NCBI RefSeq assembly: GCF_963921235.1
Contig: NC_086109.1
Coordinates: forward strand, 16,618,001-16,682,000
Direction: 5' to 3'
Source of the DNA: Mobula hypostoma
Taxonomy: Eukaryota
Length of the DNA: 64,000 nt
Positions 33,356-46,079 of this stretch are shown piece by piece (position 1 is the first letter of the stretch; each line of letters begins with the position of its first letter). Position numbers and translations under genes: made by a program. The notes beneath the pieces were generated by a model. The model saw only the letters and a program-made list of their open reading frames with translations, had not been told where the DNA came from and did not search any database.

Positions 33356-36174
33356 TCAAGCACCCTCACAGTATCATGGCATTCTGTGCAAATTAGATCT
33401 GAAACTTACACAGTGTGCGCAATGTGGCTCACATTTTCAGCGCTGGCTGCACTTGGCAATTTATTAAAGACACCACACTTTGGTTTTGGTGAATTTCAAG
33501 CTCAATTAACTTTTAATATCCAACATGTTCAATCACTGGGGATAACTATAGGTTATTTCCTTCCTCACTGATGCCTTCCAATAAATTGCAATAAAAGTAG
33601 CTCCCTATTAATTTTTGATGAGCCTTTCTCCTTTTCCTTTACTGGATGTGAATATTTATTCTTAATTTCTCCTGAACCGTCAACCAGATTGCTGCTGGTC
33701 TGGAGACAAATATTGACTGTAGTGCATTAGTGAACCAGACTGGTTTGTATGACAGTCATTTAGTTCCCTGGTCCCATTACAGAATACAGCTTTTTAATTC
33801 CAAGGTTCATTTAATTAACCGCCCATACTTTCAGGCTGGGACTCAATCGCAATCATTAGATCAGGCCTCCAGTTAACTCACATAATGATAGAACCATTCT
33901 ACTAGTTTTCTCTGGGTTTCACTGTAGTGCGGAAGGCAGAAGATCTGGGATTAGCAAGCACAGTCTAATCCGAAGCACAGTCAAAGTGCAATAGATTCTA
34001 ATAGCTTGATTTTATGTCGCGGCATTGTTTACAGACATATGGGGCTCCAGTGGCAATAAAGCACAAAATGTGTTGAGTGAGTTGTTGCCTTTGGATCATA
34101 GTTCCTAAATATGGATCTTCAAGGAGATTGAAGGTGAAAGTTCAAGAGTTAACTCCAGCAACACCTGACAATACCACTCATCAGCCTCCCCAACTGAATA
34201 TAACAAAGTCCTGCACATCCTATCCTTTCCTTTTAGCCTCTTCACAGCCTGAGGAGGAGTAGATGACAGAATCAACCCTTGCCTAGAGGTACTGAGGGGA
34301 AGCAGTCCAGATGAAGGGTCCTGACCCAAAACATTAACGGTTCAATCCCTTCATAGATGCTGCCTGGCCTGCTGAAATCCTTACGTGCTTTGTGTGTTGT
34401 TGAGGACAAGCATGTCCAATTCCATCCAAGTGGAAATGAGGAAACTGGGTATGAATGTCTGAGTTGCTATAGGTAATATGCTAATTTTAGCAAATGGTAC
34501 AAAATATTGTCAGTTCCTTCAAATCAAACTCTTCTCCTGCTTTCTAAAATGAAATAACTTACATTAATTTACTACCCTTGACTCGCTCAGGATGGACAAA
34601 GTATTTTGTAACTAGTAATTATTTTTAGTGCTCTCCCCTACCACTCCATTTTCATAGAGCAAGATTTCACAACGAACTCTTACTTTGAATTGATCCATTG
34701 ATTGGATGTTCGCATCCATAGTTATGTTATTATTGATTATCTATCTCCAATTGTTCCCGATCGGAGGAGATGGTTGGTTGAAATCCAATCTTGAGTACAT
34801 CTGGAGTCCGTACAGGGTGGGGAGAATGATAGATTTCCTTCTTTGAAGGAATATATTTTTTAACAATAAGCTGCTGGTTTCATGACATTGTAATTGACAT
34901 TACTTCTCTCTTAATAGTCAAGATTTATTTATTTAAATTTAAATTCCTCAGCAGCCACAATACAATCTGAATTTGCCAGCCCCCCCCCCCACCCACCAAG
35001 CTTTGAGGGCTAGTACATTGAGTTACCCTGTAAGCGGCCTCTAGTGCATAGGTGAGTAATGGAATCTGGGGCCAAGTTGATGGGAATATGAGAATATAAC
35101 GTGAGTAGTTTAAATTAAATTAGTGGAAGTTTTAAAGCTACAGATGCTAGAAATCTGAAATAAAAATAGAAAATGCTCAAAAAATTTAGCAGGTCAGGCT
35201 GCAACGGTGAGAAGAGAAATATTTCAGATGAGGACAACGTCAAACATACTCCGGTACTAGTCCTGAAATTTAACTGAATGAGCTGTCATTGCACAGCACA
35301 GCCCCTTTCATGTTGTGGAAGGATTCAACAATGCTCTGCAGTCTCAGTGGGCAGCCTGCCTTGAAGAGGATCTGAAAGAGCCCATCTCTACTGACTGAGT
35401 AAAATGCTTTGGTGAGATGAATAAGTGGAATGTAGAGGGGCTCCTTTTCTTCTTTGTAATTCTAGGGTTGGTGGAGTGAGAAAATCATGTCCACAGTTGA
35501 CCTTCCAGCATGTAAGGTTCATCCAACTTCTATAGGAAGACCAGAAAGACAAAGGCGAAGATTTTGCCAATAACACTCAAGAGGGAGATGCCCCTGTAGT
35601 TGCTACAGTCACTTCCCTCACCTGTGTTTTTGTAGTGGGTAATGCTCTTGGCATCCCTCATAACCTGTAGTACAGCTCCTTCCTGCCAGCACTGACAGAT
35701 GACTTTATGCAGCGGGTGCAGTAGGGTAGTCATGCAGAGCTTGATCAGGTCTGGAGGAATCCCATCATTGTCTGGTGCCTTCCCTGAGGCCAAGCTGTCG
35801 ACAGCCTGGCTGAGCTCCTCTAGGGTCGGCCCTGCATCCAGTTCATTTTCGGCAGGTACTCAATGGTGTCCAGGACTGAGGTGGTGACAGTATTCGCCCT
35901 GGAGTAGAGGTCAGAGTAATGCTCTACCCATCTCTCCTTCTGTTTACCCCTGTGTTTACCTCCTCATTGATGGATTTGAGCCATCTGACTGTGAGAGGGG
36001 CCAAGGCCTTTCAAGATGCCATCATACGTACCCCTGATATTGTCGATCAATGCTGTGGTCTAGATATCTTCACTAAGCTGGATTCGATGCTCACTGGCGC
36101 AGCACCCGAAGGTCTGCTGAACTTTAGTTCCAGCAGCCCTGAGGATCTGTAGGTTCCCCTCAATTGACGAATGC

Positions 36175-36345
36175 TTATACATAAAATGTGTATCCTTGGA
36201 CATTAAACTCCCAGTTATAATCTTCTTTAAGCCATGATTCAGTGATGCCTACAACATCATGCATGCCAATCTGCAACTGTGCTACAAGTTCCTCTATATT
36301 TTTTGGCACACTGCGCACATTCAAACATAACAGCTTCAGAGCTGT
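36175..36345 (-). pseudogene. CR1 ORF2 APE endonuclease N-terminus
   Basis: LKLLCLNVRSVPKNIEEL...DVVGITESWLKEDYNWEFNVQGYT. Confidence 0.88.
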
Positions 36346-36499
36346 ATTCATCCTTTCCGATTTTGTCCACCTTTTACTTTGCAACTCATCCCTGCTTACT
36401 GCAGTTTTGCCTTATCATCGACCTCTCCCTGCCAGGAGTTTCACTACACGTTGCCTGTTTGTAAACCAACTACCCAATCTTCAGCATTAACGCTCCGGT

Positions 36500-37430
36500 T
36501 CCCATCACCCTTCCAAATTAGTCTAAACCCACCCGAACACCTCTAGCCGACCTGCTTACAGGGATATTGGACCCCCTCCGGTTCAGGTGTAACCCATCAT
36601 CTTTCTGCAGGTCATACCTTCCCCGGAAGAGATCCCAATAATCCATAAACCCTGCACCAATTCCTCAGCCACGCATTCATCTGCCAAATCATTCTGTTGT
36701 TACCCTCACTGGCAATTGGTACAGGCAGCAATCCAGAGATGACTACCTTGGAGATCATTTTTCTCAGCTTTCTACTTAGCCCCTTAAAATCTCTCTTCAG
36801 GACCTCCTCACCTTGCCTATCTGCACCAAGACTTTTGGCTGCTCATCCTTACCCTTGAGAATGCCATGGACCCGATCCGAGACATCCCTTATCCTGGTAC
36901 CAAGGAGGCAAAATACCATACGGATATCTCTATTGCGCCCACAGAACCTTGTTTCTGATCCTCTGATGAAGGAATCTCCTGCCAGCACTGCAGTCCTCTT
37001 CAGCTCTCTGCTCTTCTGAGCCACAGTGCCAGAGACCCGGTCACTGTGGCTCCCCCACCCTGCCCCCTGCCCCGGCAGGCTGGTCCTCTTAATATTATCT
37101 AAAGTTGTATACTTATTATTGAGGGGAATGGCCACAGGTGTACTCTGCACTGGCTGTGCATTTGTCCTCCTTCTCCTGACAGTCACCCAGTTACCTGTCT
37201 CCTGCAACCTAGGGGTGACTACCTCCCTGTAGCTCCTGTCTATCACCTCCTCATTCTCCCATATGAGTCGAAGGCCGTCGAGCTGCAGCTCCAGATCCTT
37301 AATATGTCCTCTCAGGAGCTGCAACTCAGTGCACCTGCTGCAGATGTGTTTACCTGACAGACTGGAAGTCTCCCAGACTTCCCACATCCCCCACACAGAG
37401 TACAAAACACTGTCTCTGGAGCCATTCTCA
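36500..37430 (-). pseudogene. CR1 ORF1 (Cys-rich N-terminus, coiled coil, SGNH esterase), disrupted
   Basis: HICSRCTELQLL...LELQLDGLRLI; WVTVRRRR; VLAGDSFIRG..FCG..RMVFCLLGTRIRDV (GDS esterase motif). Confidence 0.85.
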
Positions 37431-38919
37431 CTAACCTGCTCTGCCCTAACAGATGAGGAATGAACAAATAAGGACAGAGAGAGAGAGTAACTTACAAGAC
37501 AACGTACCTCACTGAAACCCAATTTCGCCCAAGCCTGAGGAATCAAAGCCACTCTGAAGACTGACACACTCCAAATGAGAGCGCTCTGCTTGCTCTTGAT
37601 TATTCTTATTGGCCCTTTCTAATCGATCCCTCTTGCTGATTGGTTGCTCCTCAAATCAGAAGAACTGCCGCAAAACCCTGCCCTCAACATCTCGATCGGT
37701 GCCCTGATCAAAAAGTAGCTCTTTTCACGCACCCCTGGTGTGGATTGTCCAACTTGATCAAGACATGAAGTCTTTTGAGCTCCTCATTTATTACACGGTC
37801 TTCCTGATATTACTAATGTCTTGGAGGTTATCAGAGAGGCCAGTGACCATTGTCTGAACATCCCAACATCCAACTTTTAGACCAGTCTCTTTCATTGTGC
37901 TGTCCTGCCTGGTGCAGTGCTTTTAGTCTGCATTTTGGATAATATCTAATCCCATTGCAGACCCAATGAGGAAAGCAGACCGTAGTGGGACAGCAACCTT
38001 TTGACTGTGGTTTGCTCATTTTAAGGGATTGGGGGAAGTAGGGTGGTAACCTTTCAGTGATATCGAAGAATCACTCCCATCACCAGAAGCAACCCCTGGC
38101 CCCACACCCTACGTCAATCAAGCGTAATGTCTTAGCACCAGTAACAGCGGCTTCCCGTGTTTTGTCAACGCCATGATGCGAAGCAGGAGTGTCCTCTCCT
38201 GACAGTGTCAACTGCTACAAAGGCAAAGTCAATACGCAAGCCAGGGCAGTACAATATGGAGAGCAAGCTGTTGCTCGTGCAGCAGGGTCCTCCTCTCCAC
38301 ACATCTGATGAACCCAAAGGAACGGCAGAGACCGATATTGTTTGGAGTCGCCAGTCAGCGTTGAACTCAACGTAGGACTGTCTCAGGGGCTCCAGCTCCA
38401 TGTTTTTCCTCAGGGCTTACTAGCTGCGAGGCAACAGAGTTTTGAGATCAGGGTTTTCCGTCCAGATGAGCTGCCAACCATGACTGACGAGTCCCATCTG
38501 TCCGATAAATTGATTGAAGAACATAAATAACGTCATCTCCTTCGTCTCTTTGGGCAAATTAGTGAGAAAAAGAATATAGTTGGGTGGATTGTCTAGTACA
38601 TTCTGAGCAGCAGAAGAGGTTGTTTGGTTTGAGTTTGCATTTATTGTCTGTGTTATTGCCTGATTAGCTTTTTTATTTACAGTTACTCATCCTTTTGTTT
38701 TGGCCAAAGCATCAGTGGGGGCAGGGCCTGCGCTGAATGATCTCATCAGTAGACCTGGGTGAGTTGTATTTGTCATAGACGCGCCTAATTCCACTAAAGT
38801 AGAATCTGAAAATGCTGGAAATACTTAGCAGGCCAAACATTTCTGGGATATCAGAGGGAACTGAAGCACACAAAGTCAAAGTAATGTTATTATAAAATTA
38901 CGTTTACAGTGAGTAAGTG

Positions 38920-39492
38920 ATGCCTCCGTTAGTCAGGGTGAACCATAGATATTTCACCCTAGCTGTCTGGATACGCAAGCCAGGGTAGTACAATATAGAA
39001 AGCAAACTGTTACCATGTAGCAAGCTCCCCCACCCCTCTCCACTCAGTTGATGAACCCAAAGGCGTGGCAGAGACTGATACAGTTTGGCACCACCGGTGT
39101 CGCAGGAGCTGCCAGTCAGCATTGAACGCAATGTACGACTACTTTGGGGACTCCATCTTCGTTTTTTTCCCTCAAGGTTTACTCCCGAAGCCTTCCCCAT
39201 GAGAAGGCAGCGGAGGACGTGAGATCAGAGTTTTCCTTCTCCTAGATAAACTGCCAGCCATGACCAATGAACCTCATATTCCCGAAGCAACTGGTTTGAA
39301 GGCACCAGTAAGCAGCCTTTGCCCTTTCTCCTCTCGGTAGAGACGGTTCCACCGGGCTTAGTAGCTAAACCACACACGAAGTCCAGGAGCTGGACTTGGT
39401 TATCAGAGGCTATTTGAGTTGCACGTCATTGGGAGCATTTAATAGGTGACGGAGCTTATCCCCATTATCACACCTGGCTATGACAACCTTTG
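38920..39492 (-). mobile_element. Non-autonomous bipartite RTE derivative (5' UTR + short 3' end)
   Basis: Body homologous to 38232-38505; end 'tgcctccgttagtc' resembles the SINE end 'ggcatccgttagtc' at ~14371. Confidence 0.7.
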
Positions 39493-40227
39493 AGACCACG
39501 TATACAGTATGTTAATTTATACTACCTTGGGATTAATTTTCTTGCAAACATTTATAGAGAATAGGATATAATAGAATTTATGAAAATCAAATAATGAAAC
39601 ATGAAGGAAACCAACTTGATCACTTGCAAACTCCGCACGGACATCACTCAATATCAGGTCTGAACCTGAAGGGCTGGGGTTGTGGGGAAGAACTACCCGC
39701 TACATCACCGTGCTGCCCTCAGTAACGTAAAAATATTGATTATCTTTCATGTAATTTCTAGCTCAATCACCTCTTATTTTAACCTGCATTCTGCCATTAT
39801 CAGCCTTCGACCATTTTCTCCAGCCACCTTTTACAATATTGCACCTCGATCAAATTTCCCAAGTCTGCTGTAGAGAGAACAGATCCAACCTCTATATCGT
39901 CTGCTCAGGGAAATGTTATACCTAATCTCCAGAATCCTCCCACCGTTTCCTGCATAAGCAGGGTTGAAATGTCTAATACCAGAGGAGATGCATTTAAGGT
40001 TTGAGGGGCTAATTTCAAAGGAGATATGAGGGCAAGTTTTTACAGAGTGGTAGGTGCCTAGAATGCGCTGACAGGGGTGGTAGTAGAGGCAGAAACATTA
40101 GGGACTTTTAAGAGACGTTTATATAGGCACAGGAACAGGAGGAAAAGAGAAGGATATGGAATTGTGTAGGCAGAGGAGATTAGTTTGGTTAACCATTTAA
40201 ATGATTCAGCACAACATTATAGATATC

Positions 40228-41250
40228 GCAATAACACATACAAAATGCTGGAGGAGCTCAGCAGGTCAGGCAGCATCCATGGAAAAGAGTAAACAGCTGA
40301 TGTTTCAGCCGAGACCCTTCATCAGGACTGGAAAAGAAGGGGAGAAGTCAGTATAAGAAAGTGGGGCGGGGGGAGGAGGAAGAAGTACAAGGTGGTAGGT
40401 GAAGAGTGAAGCTGGGAGAGGGGGAGGGGCGAAAGAGATGAAGAGCTGGAGAAGGGAGAATCTGATAGGAGAGTTCGGAAGAAAGGGAAGGGGAGGGAGG
40501 AGCACCAGAGGGAGGTGATGGGCAGATAAAGGAGAGGAGGTGTGAGAGGAAACAAGAATGGGGAATAGAAACATAGAAACACAATACACAATACAGCACA
40601 ATACAGGCCCTTGGGCCCACAAAGCTGTGCTGAACATGTCCTTACCTTAGAAAAGACCTAGCCCTCTATTTTTCTGAGCTCCATGTACCTGTCCAGGAGT
40701 CTCTTAAAAGACCCTATCGTATCCACCTCCACCACCGTCGCCGGCAGCCCATTCCACACACTCACCACTCTCCATGTAAAAACTTACTCCTGACATCTCC
40801 TCTGTACCTGCTTCCAAGCACCTTAAAACTGTGCCCTCTTGTGCTAGCCATTTAAGCCCTGGGAAAAAGCCTCTGACTATCCACACGATCAATTCCTCTC
40901 ATCATGTTATACACCTCTATCAGGTCACCTCTCATCCTTCATCGCTCCAAGGAAAAAAGGCTGAGTTCACTCAACCTATTCTCATAAGACATGCTCCCCA
41001 ATCCAGACAACATCCTTGTAAATCTCCTCTGCACCCTTTCTATGGTTTCAACATCCTTCCTGTAGTGAGGCGACCATAACTGAGCACAGTTCTCCAAATG
41101 GGGACTGACCAGGGTCCTATATAACTGCAACATTACCTCTCCGCTCTTCAACTTAATCCTACGATTGATGGCGAAGGAGAGGAAGGGCTGCAATTACCGG
41201 AACTTCAAGAAGTCAATGTTCATGCCATCAGGTTGTAGGCGACCCAGACT
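40228..41250 (-). mobile_element. PLE 3' fragment split by a minus-strand CR1 (~40565-41167)
   Basis: PLE terminus with 'tttcagccgagacccttcatcaggact'; resumes 'ttaccggaacttcaagaagtcaatgttcatgccatcaggttg'; CR1 ORF LYRTLVSPHLENCAQLWSPHYRKD. Confidence 0.85.
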
Positions 41251-41977
41251 ATGATTGTGGATCAAAGGGCCTGTTTCTGTGCTGTACTGTTCTATGTCAT
41301 GTCTTCTGTCCCAACTTACCCTCAGTTCAGACTACCTGTTTCCTGTGGTAATTTCTACATAAGGTCAGGATCGATCCCTCACTGAACAGAGCCCTGAAAA
41401 CAAGCTTTGAAACAGGTCGGTCTTTGATAGATTTCCTGGCAGCTTGATGTCTGACCTTAGAGGAGCACATTATCTCTAATTACGTATTTAAAAATTCATA
41501 CATGTCAAATCTGCCTTTGTAAGAGAATATTTGTTACGGGAAACCTGATGCTCCCTTGTCACAATAAATTTACCATAAAGACGTGGGCTGTGCGCAGATG
41601 TGCAGGGAAGCTTGTAAACAGAGGAGCAGATGTGTTTTTTGGGGGGGATAGACTACAGGAAGACAGTCAGTCTGGAGATCCCAGATGTTATAGTATGTTT
41701 GGAAATAGTCATTAGAAATATGAATTCAGATGTTCAATATGGATCGTAAGGGTTGATTTAATGAGGTTATGAGTCTGGATCACGAGAACAAACCTCAGCA
41801 ATGGAGAAAAACAGTTAAAGAAGATCAGGGATCTTTTTGTTGCAGCATTTAGAATTTTCTTCCTCAAATAGGAATTGAGGTGGGAAGAGATGTTTATTTT
41901 AAAACTGAGATTGATAGATATTTGCTGAACAAAGACATGGTAAAAGGTGGGTGTAAACACTCATCTTTTCATCATAA

Positions 41978-42156
41978 ATCCTGATGAAGGGTCACAGCCT
42001 GAAGCCTCCAATCCCTACGACAAGGTTGTGGTCCTCTTGACGGTCAGCTCAAGACGTCAACTGTTTATTCCTTTTCGTAGACGCTGCCTGGCCTGCTCAG
42101 TTCCTCCAACATTTTGTGTGTGTTGCTCTGGATTTCCAGCATCTGCAGAATCTCTT
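41978..42156 (+). mobile_element. PLE terminal fragment with disrupted hammerhead
   Basis: 'cctgatgaagggtcacagcctgaa' + ~50 bp extra + 'acgtcaactgtttattcc...ggatttccagcatctgcagaatctcttg'. Confidence 0.7.
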
Positions 42157-42899
42157 GTGGTTGTGTTTGGGTCACAGATCAGCCAGGATCACAAAGTATG
42201 GTTGAATTAGCTCAAGGGATTATATTTCCCAGCCCTGTTGCTGGCTTTGGAAAAGCATCGCACACTCTCTGTAGGCAGGCAGGTCCTGAGCAGAGCTTTG
42301 TGGCACAAGGAGAGGGAGTTGGGGAGTACAGAAGGTGACCATTTGTGTTCCTTCAGACGCAACAGCATCTTTACATTTAAGCCTTAACTCAGGCTGCAGT
42401 TAAGCCAGGATCTGACTGTGGAGACCAGCTCTCTTAGGGACCTACAGGAACTGGGCCAGAGCAGAGGGAGCGAGGGAGTAAGCACTACAGCCTGCAGCCT
42501 CACGGTTGAACAAACTCAAAGCCTTGAACTCCAGACTGCTACCCTGAGGCAATATTGAAGTGCATGTTTTAGCAACAGCAGCTTGTATTTATATGACGAT
42601 TTCAATGTAATGATATGCTTCAGGGCCCTCAAAGCAGCAATATTACCCCCCAGGAAAACTCAAGTGGGTATCAGGATACAAAATAGTGGAAATAATCAGC
42701 AGGTCAGTCAACGCCAACAGGAGAGAAACGGAGTTTTGATGAAGGACATTGAAATGGTAAATGATACCTGAAATGGTTTACTCCAGGCATACCGCCTGAC
42801 CTGTTGACTATTTCTAGCATTGTCTGCTTTTACTCTGGATTTCTGGCAGAGAACTATCACATCACATCACGCTCAAAATAAGTAAGTATTGCAAACAAA

Positions 42900-43390
42900 G
42901 AGACTGTGTGCCTGGAGACCTGGGATTTTTGCAATCTTTAGGCACAGAGCTCGAAAAAAGCAACGAGGCGCACTTTTAACATCGTTACCCAGCGAGTTGT
43001 TTGTTATGTCTCCCCGCCAGCTGGGAAAATGAAGACACCTCTTTCTCCCTTAGGGAGAGAGAGTAAACTGCGGTATGTCAAATACCAGGTGAAACGCAAA
43101 TCTTTGGGGTGACTGAAAGTCTGTGTCTTTGCTATTGCTTTGCTCACGCTAGAGTGCTCGGTGGTAGTACCGATGCATTTGTTCTTGCCAGTGGGGGGAG
43201 AGGGGGGATTGTTGCTTGTTGCCACTTACACGCAGGAGTGAGGGGAGCTGCGGGGGGACTTTGGGGTTCTAACATTTAACTGTTATTCATTCTTTGGGGC
43301 ACTCCTCTGTTTTCGTAGATGGTTGCAAAAAAAAAGCATTTCAGGATGTATATTGTATACATTTCTCTGACATTAAAGGTTCAAAAGTAC
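42900..43390 (+). mobile_element. Unclassified non-autonomous retroposon with Rex-like tail
   Basis: CpG-containing body ending 'catttcaggatgtatattgtatacatttctctgacattaaa'; family not recognised. Confidence 0.4.
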
Positions 43391-43835
43391 AATTTAAAGA
43401 GAATAATGTGGTAGTGTGTTTATGAGTTTATAGTCCATTCGGAAATTTGATAGAATAGGGGAAAAACTGTCGCTCTGTCGTTGAGTTTAGGTCTTCAGGC
43501 TCCTGCACCTCCTACCTGATTATGGTAATGAGAAGATGGCCTAGCTTGGATGATGGGGGTCCTCAATGTCGGATGCCTCCTTCCTGAGGCACTGCTGCTG
43601 GAAGATAACCTCGACCGTGGGGAGAATTATGCCCATGATGAAGCTGGAGCTCTCTACAGTCTCTGAAAAGATTACAAAATAAACTCAGCTCTCAGTTCAT
43701 GACTAGCTCACAGAGAACTCCACTCCTCTGAGGTTAAACTATCTAGCGGCCCTTACACGAACTGACAGCACCCAGTTAACCCCCTTACAAACTGATCCAG
43801 GACCCCCATTATAACATCACCAGATGATAAGTTGA

Positions 43836-44260
43836 GAACACAAAATAATCTGCAGATGCTGGGGTCAAAGCAACACTCACAACAAGCTGGAGGAACTCAG
43901 CAGGTCGGGCAGCATCAGTGGAAAAGATCGGTCGACGTTTCGGGCCGAGACCCTTCGTTAGGAGTGTAGAGGGAGGGGGCAGAGGCCCTATAAAGAAGGT
44001 GGGGAGAGGGTGGGAAGGAGAAGGCTGGTAGGTTCCAGGTGAAAAACCAGTAAGGGGAAAGATAAAGGGGTGGGGGAAGGGAGGCATGGAGGTGATAGGC
44101 AGGAAAGGTGAAGAAAGAAAAGGGGAAAACACAATGGGTAGTAGAAAGAGACGGAACCAAGAGGGAGGAGGTAGGCAGCTGGGGGAGGGGGCAGAGTGAC
44201 ATAGGGATAGGGGAAGGGAGGGGGAGGGAATTACCGGAAGCTGGAGAATTTTATGTTCAT
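43836..44260 (-). mobile_element. PLE 3' end (third subfamily)
   Basis: 'aacacaaaataatctgcagatgctgg...gtcgacgtttcgggccgagacccttcgttaggag...ttaccggaagctggagaattttatgttcat'. Confidence 0.85.
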
Positions 44261-44970
44261 ATAAAGTGAATCCAGCGGAGAATGAAGAGTAGGAGAGGTC
44301 CATGGCTAAGTTGAGCACTCTTAATGCAGGTGAGGAGATCAAATCATGAAGATAGTAGAGGAGAGGCAAATAGGCATTCTGGGACAGACTGACATAGGCT
44401 GTGACAGCAAGAGGACTGTGTGTATAAGCACAGACAGAGGAGAGTAGTCATGTACAGAGGTTTTGTTTTGCATATAAATCCTGAATAAGAATAGACAATT
44501 TGATCCACCTTGTCTGTGCTCCACATGTGTTGCCTCCAATAAACTGCATTTATATAGTACTGTACCATAATAGTCTCAGGATGTCCCAAACTGCCTTTCA
44601 GTTGGTGAATTCAGTGAATTACTTTTCATTACAGTTACTAATCCGGATCGTAGAGTCGCAGAACACAGAAGCAGTCCTTTGACCCACCATGCCCACACTG
44701 AAGTACCTAACCATAATAACCCAGTTATCAGAACTTGTTCCATAGCCTTGGTGATGCAAATGCTCATCCAAACATGTCCACATTTCCACAAAATGAGTTC
44801 CCACCAATAGGATGGGAACGGGAGATGGGCATTTAGATCCTCAAGTCTGTCAAGTAGCTTAATATGCTTTAGTTTTCTCAGATCACCGAGCTTCACCTTA
44901 TATGGATGAGTACATCGATATGAAAACTTCAGAGATACTGTATACGGGCCAAACACAAGCAAATTGGACT

Positions 44971-45105
44971 TAGTCCTGACGAAGAGTCTCGGCCTGAAAC
45001 GTCGACTGTACTTCTTCCTATAGATGCTGCCTGGCCTGCTGCGTTCCACCAGCATTTTGTGTGTGTTGCTTGAATTTCCAGCATCTGCAGATTTCCTCGT
45101 GTTTA
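44971..45105 (+). mobile_element. 135-bp PLE terminal unit consisting mainly of the hammerhead motif plus downstream pLTR end
   Basis: Perfect 11-bp TSD caaattggact (44960-44970, 45106-45116); begins 'tagtcctgacgaagagtctcggcctgaaacgtcgact'. Confidence 0.88.
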
Positions 45106-45880
45106 CAAATTGGACTAACTTAGGTGAGTGCTTTAGTCAACATGGACGAGTTGGGCCAATGGCCTGTTTCTCTGTTGTATTACTGAATGAACATTATGAT
45201 TCTACAAATGCCAATTAGCTTAGCATTGTGCAAGGAAGTTACAAATTTGTAGCATAGTACGATCTTATTGTGATGTTGTAGTGTTACTATGCGTTATACT
45301 TACAGTTGTAGGCTGAGCAATAAATATTGCCCAATAGAATTTGCATTTCTTGTGCAGAATAATTTACAGATATTTAACATCTCATCGAGAAGGTGGGACT
45401 TTGACCAGCAAAACTGCTGCTCTGGTGAAGCAGACAGATAAAGAGTTAGCAATGTGGAATAATTCCACACAGCTAGAATAGTCATTTTTATGATGTATCC
45501 ATTTATGAGATTCTGTAAACACAGGCATTTCTTATGTATCGCCTTCATCTCTGGACTAAGGGGGCTGAAATCACACTGAAGCCACACCAGCAGAATTCCT
45601 TCCACTAATGGTGTTTGTGAATCAAATGGGTTTTTACAATAATCTGGATGCTGAAGGTTTACCACTACTGAGTCTAGATTTTTTCCTAAAATTACAGTTC
45701 TATTTAATTTAAATTTAAATTTAAATTTTATTTTATTTTATTTTATTTTATTTAAATTAATTAAATTTAAATTCTCCATTTACCATAGTGGGATTTGAAC
45801 TACCGGTAAGAGATACCATAGTGGTGCCTGTGGATAAATAGTCTTATTGTCTTGCTTTTAGTTCAGCAATTTAACCATTA

Positions 45881-46040
45881 GCAAGACACACTAAAGGCTG
45901 GAGGAACTCAATAGGTCAGGCAGCATCTATGGAGAGGAATGAACAGTCAACATTTCAGGTCAAAGTCCTGACCTGACTTGCTGAGCTCCTCCATCATTTT
46001 GTGAATGTTGCTCAGGATTTCCAGCATCTGCAGGATCTCT
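45881..46040. mobile_element. Palindromic mini-element of opposed PLE termini
   Basis: 'gcaagacacactaaaggctggaggaactcaataggtcagg' ... 'cctgacttgctgagctcctccatcattttgtgaatgttgc'. Confidence 0.7.
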
Positions 46041-46079
46041 TTAATTTATAAATTAACCATTATGCAACTCTCACCTTGC

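Larger units (their letters stand above)
36175..37760 (-). mobile_element. CR1 LINE 5' end (5' UTR, ORF1, start of ORF2 APE); 3' part missing
   Basis: ORF1 and APE fragments listed separately, in the correct order. Confidence 0.88.
35280..38505 (-). mobile_element. RTE LINE (5' UTR, APE start, tether, RT) interrupted by a CR1 5' fragment
   Basis: ~37765-37882 encodes LKVGCWDVQTMVTGLSDNLQDISNIRKT..NEELKRLH; 35530-36150 encodes KQKERWVEHYSDLYS..SLASGKAPDNDGIP..DCSNYRGISLLSVIGKIF. Confidence 0.85.

Noticed and set aside
42357..42480. Candidate exon after 'tgttccttcag'
   Set aside because: Stops in all three frames within 50 nt.
45701..45772. AT-only quasi-palindrome
   Set aside because: Slippage expansion of (TTTAAA)/(TTTTA) within an old SINE.
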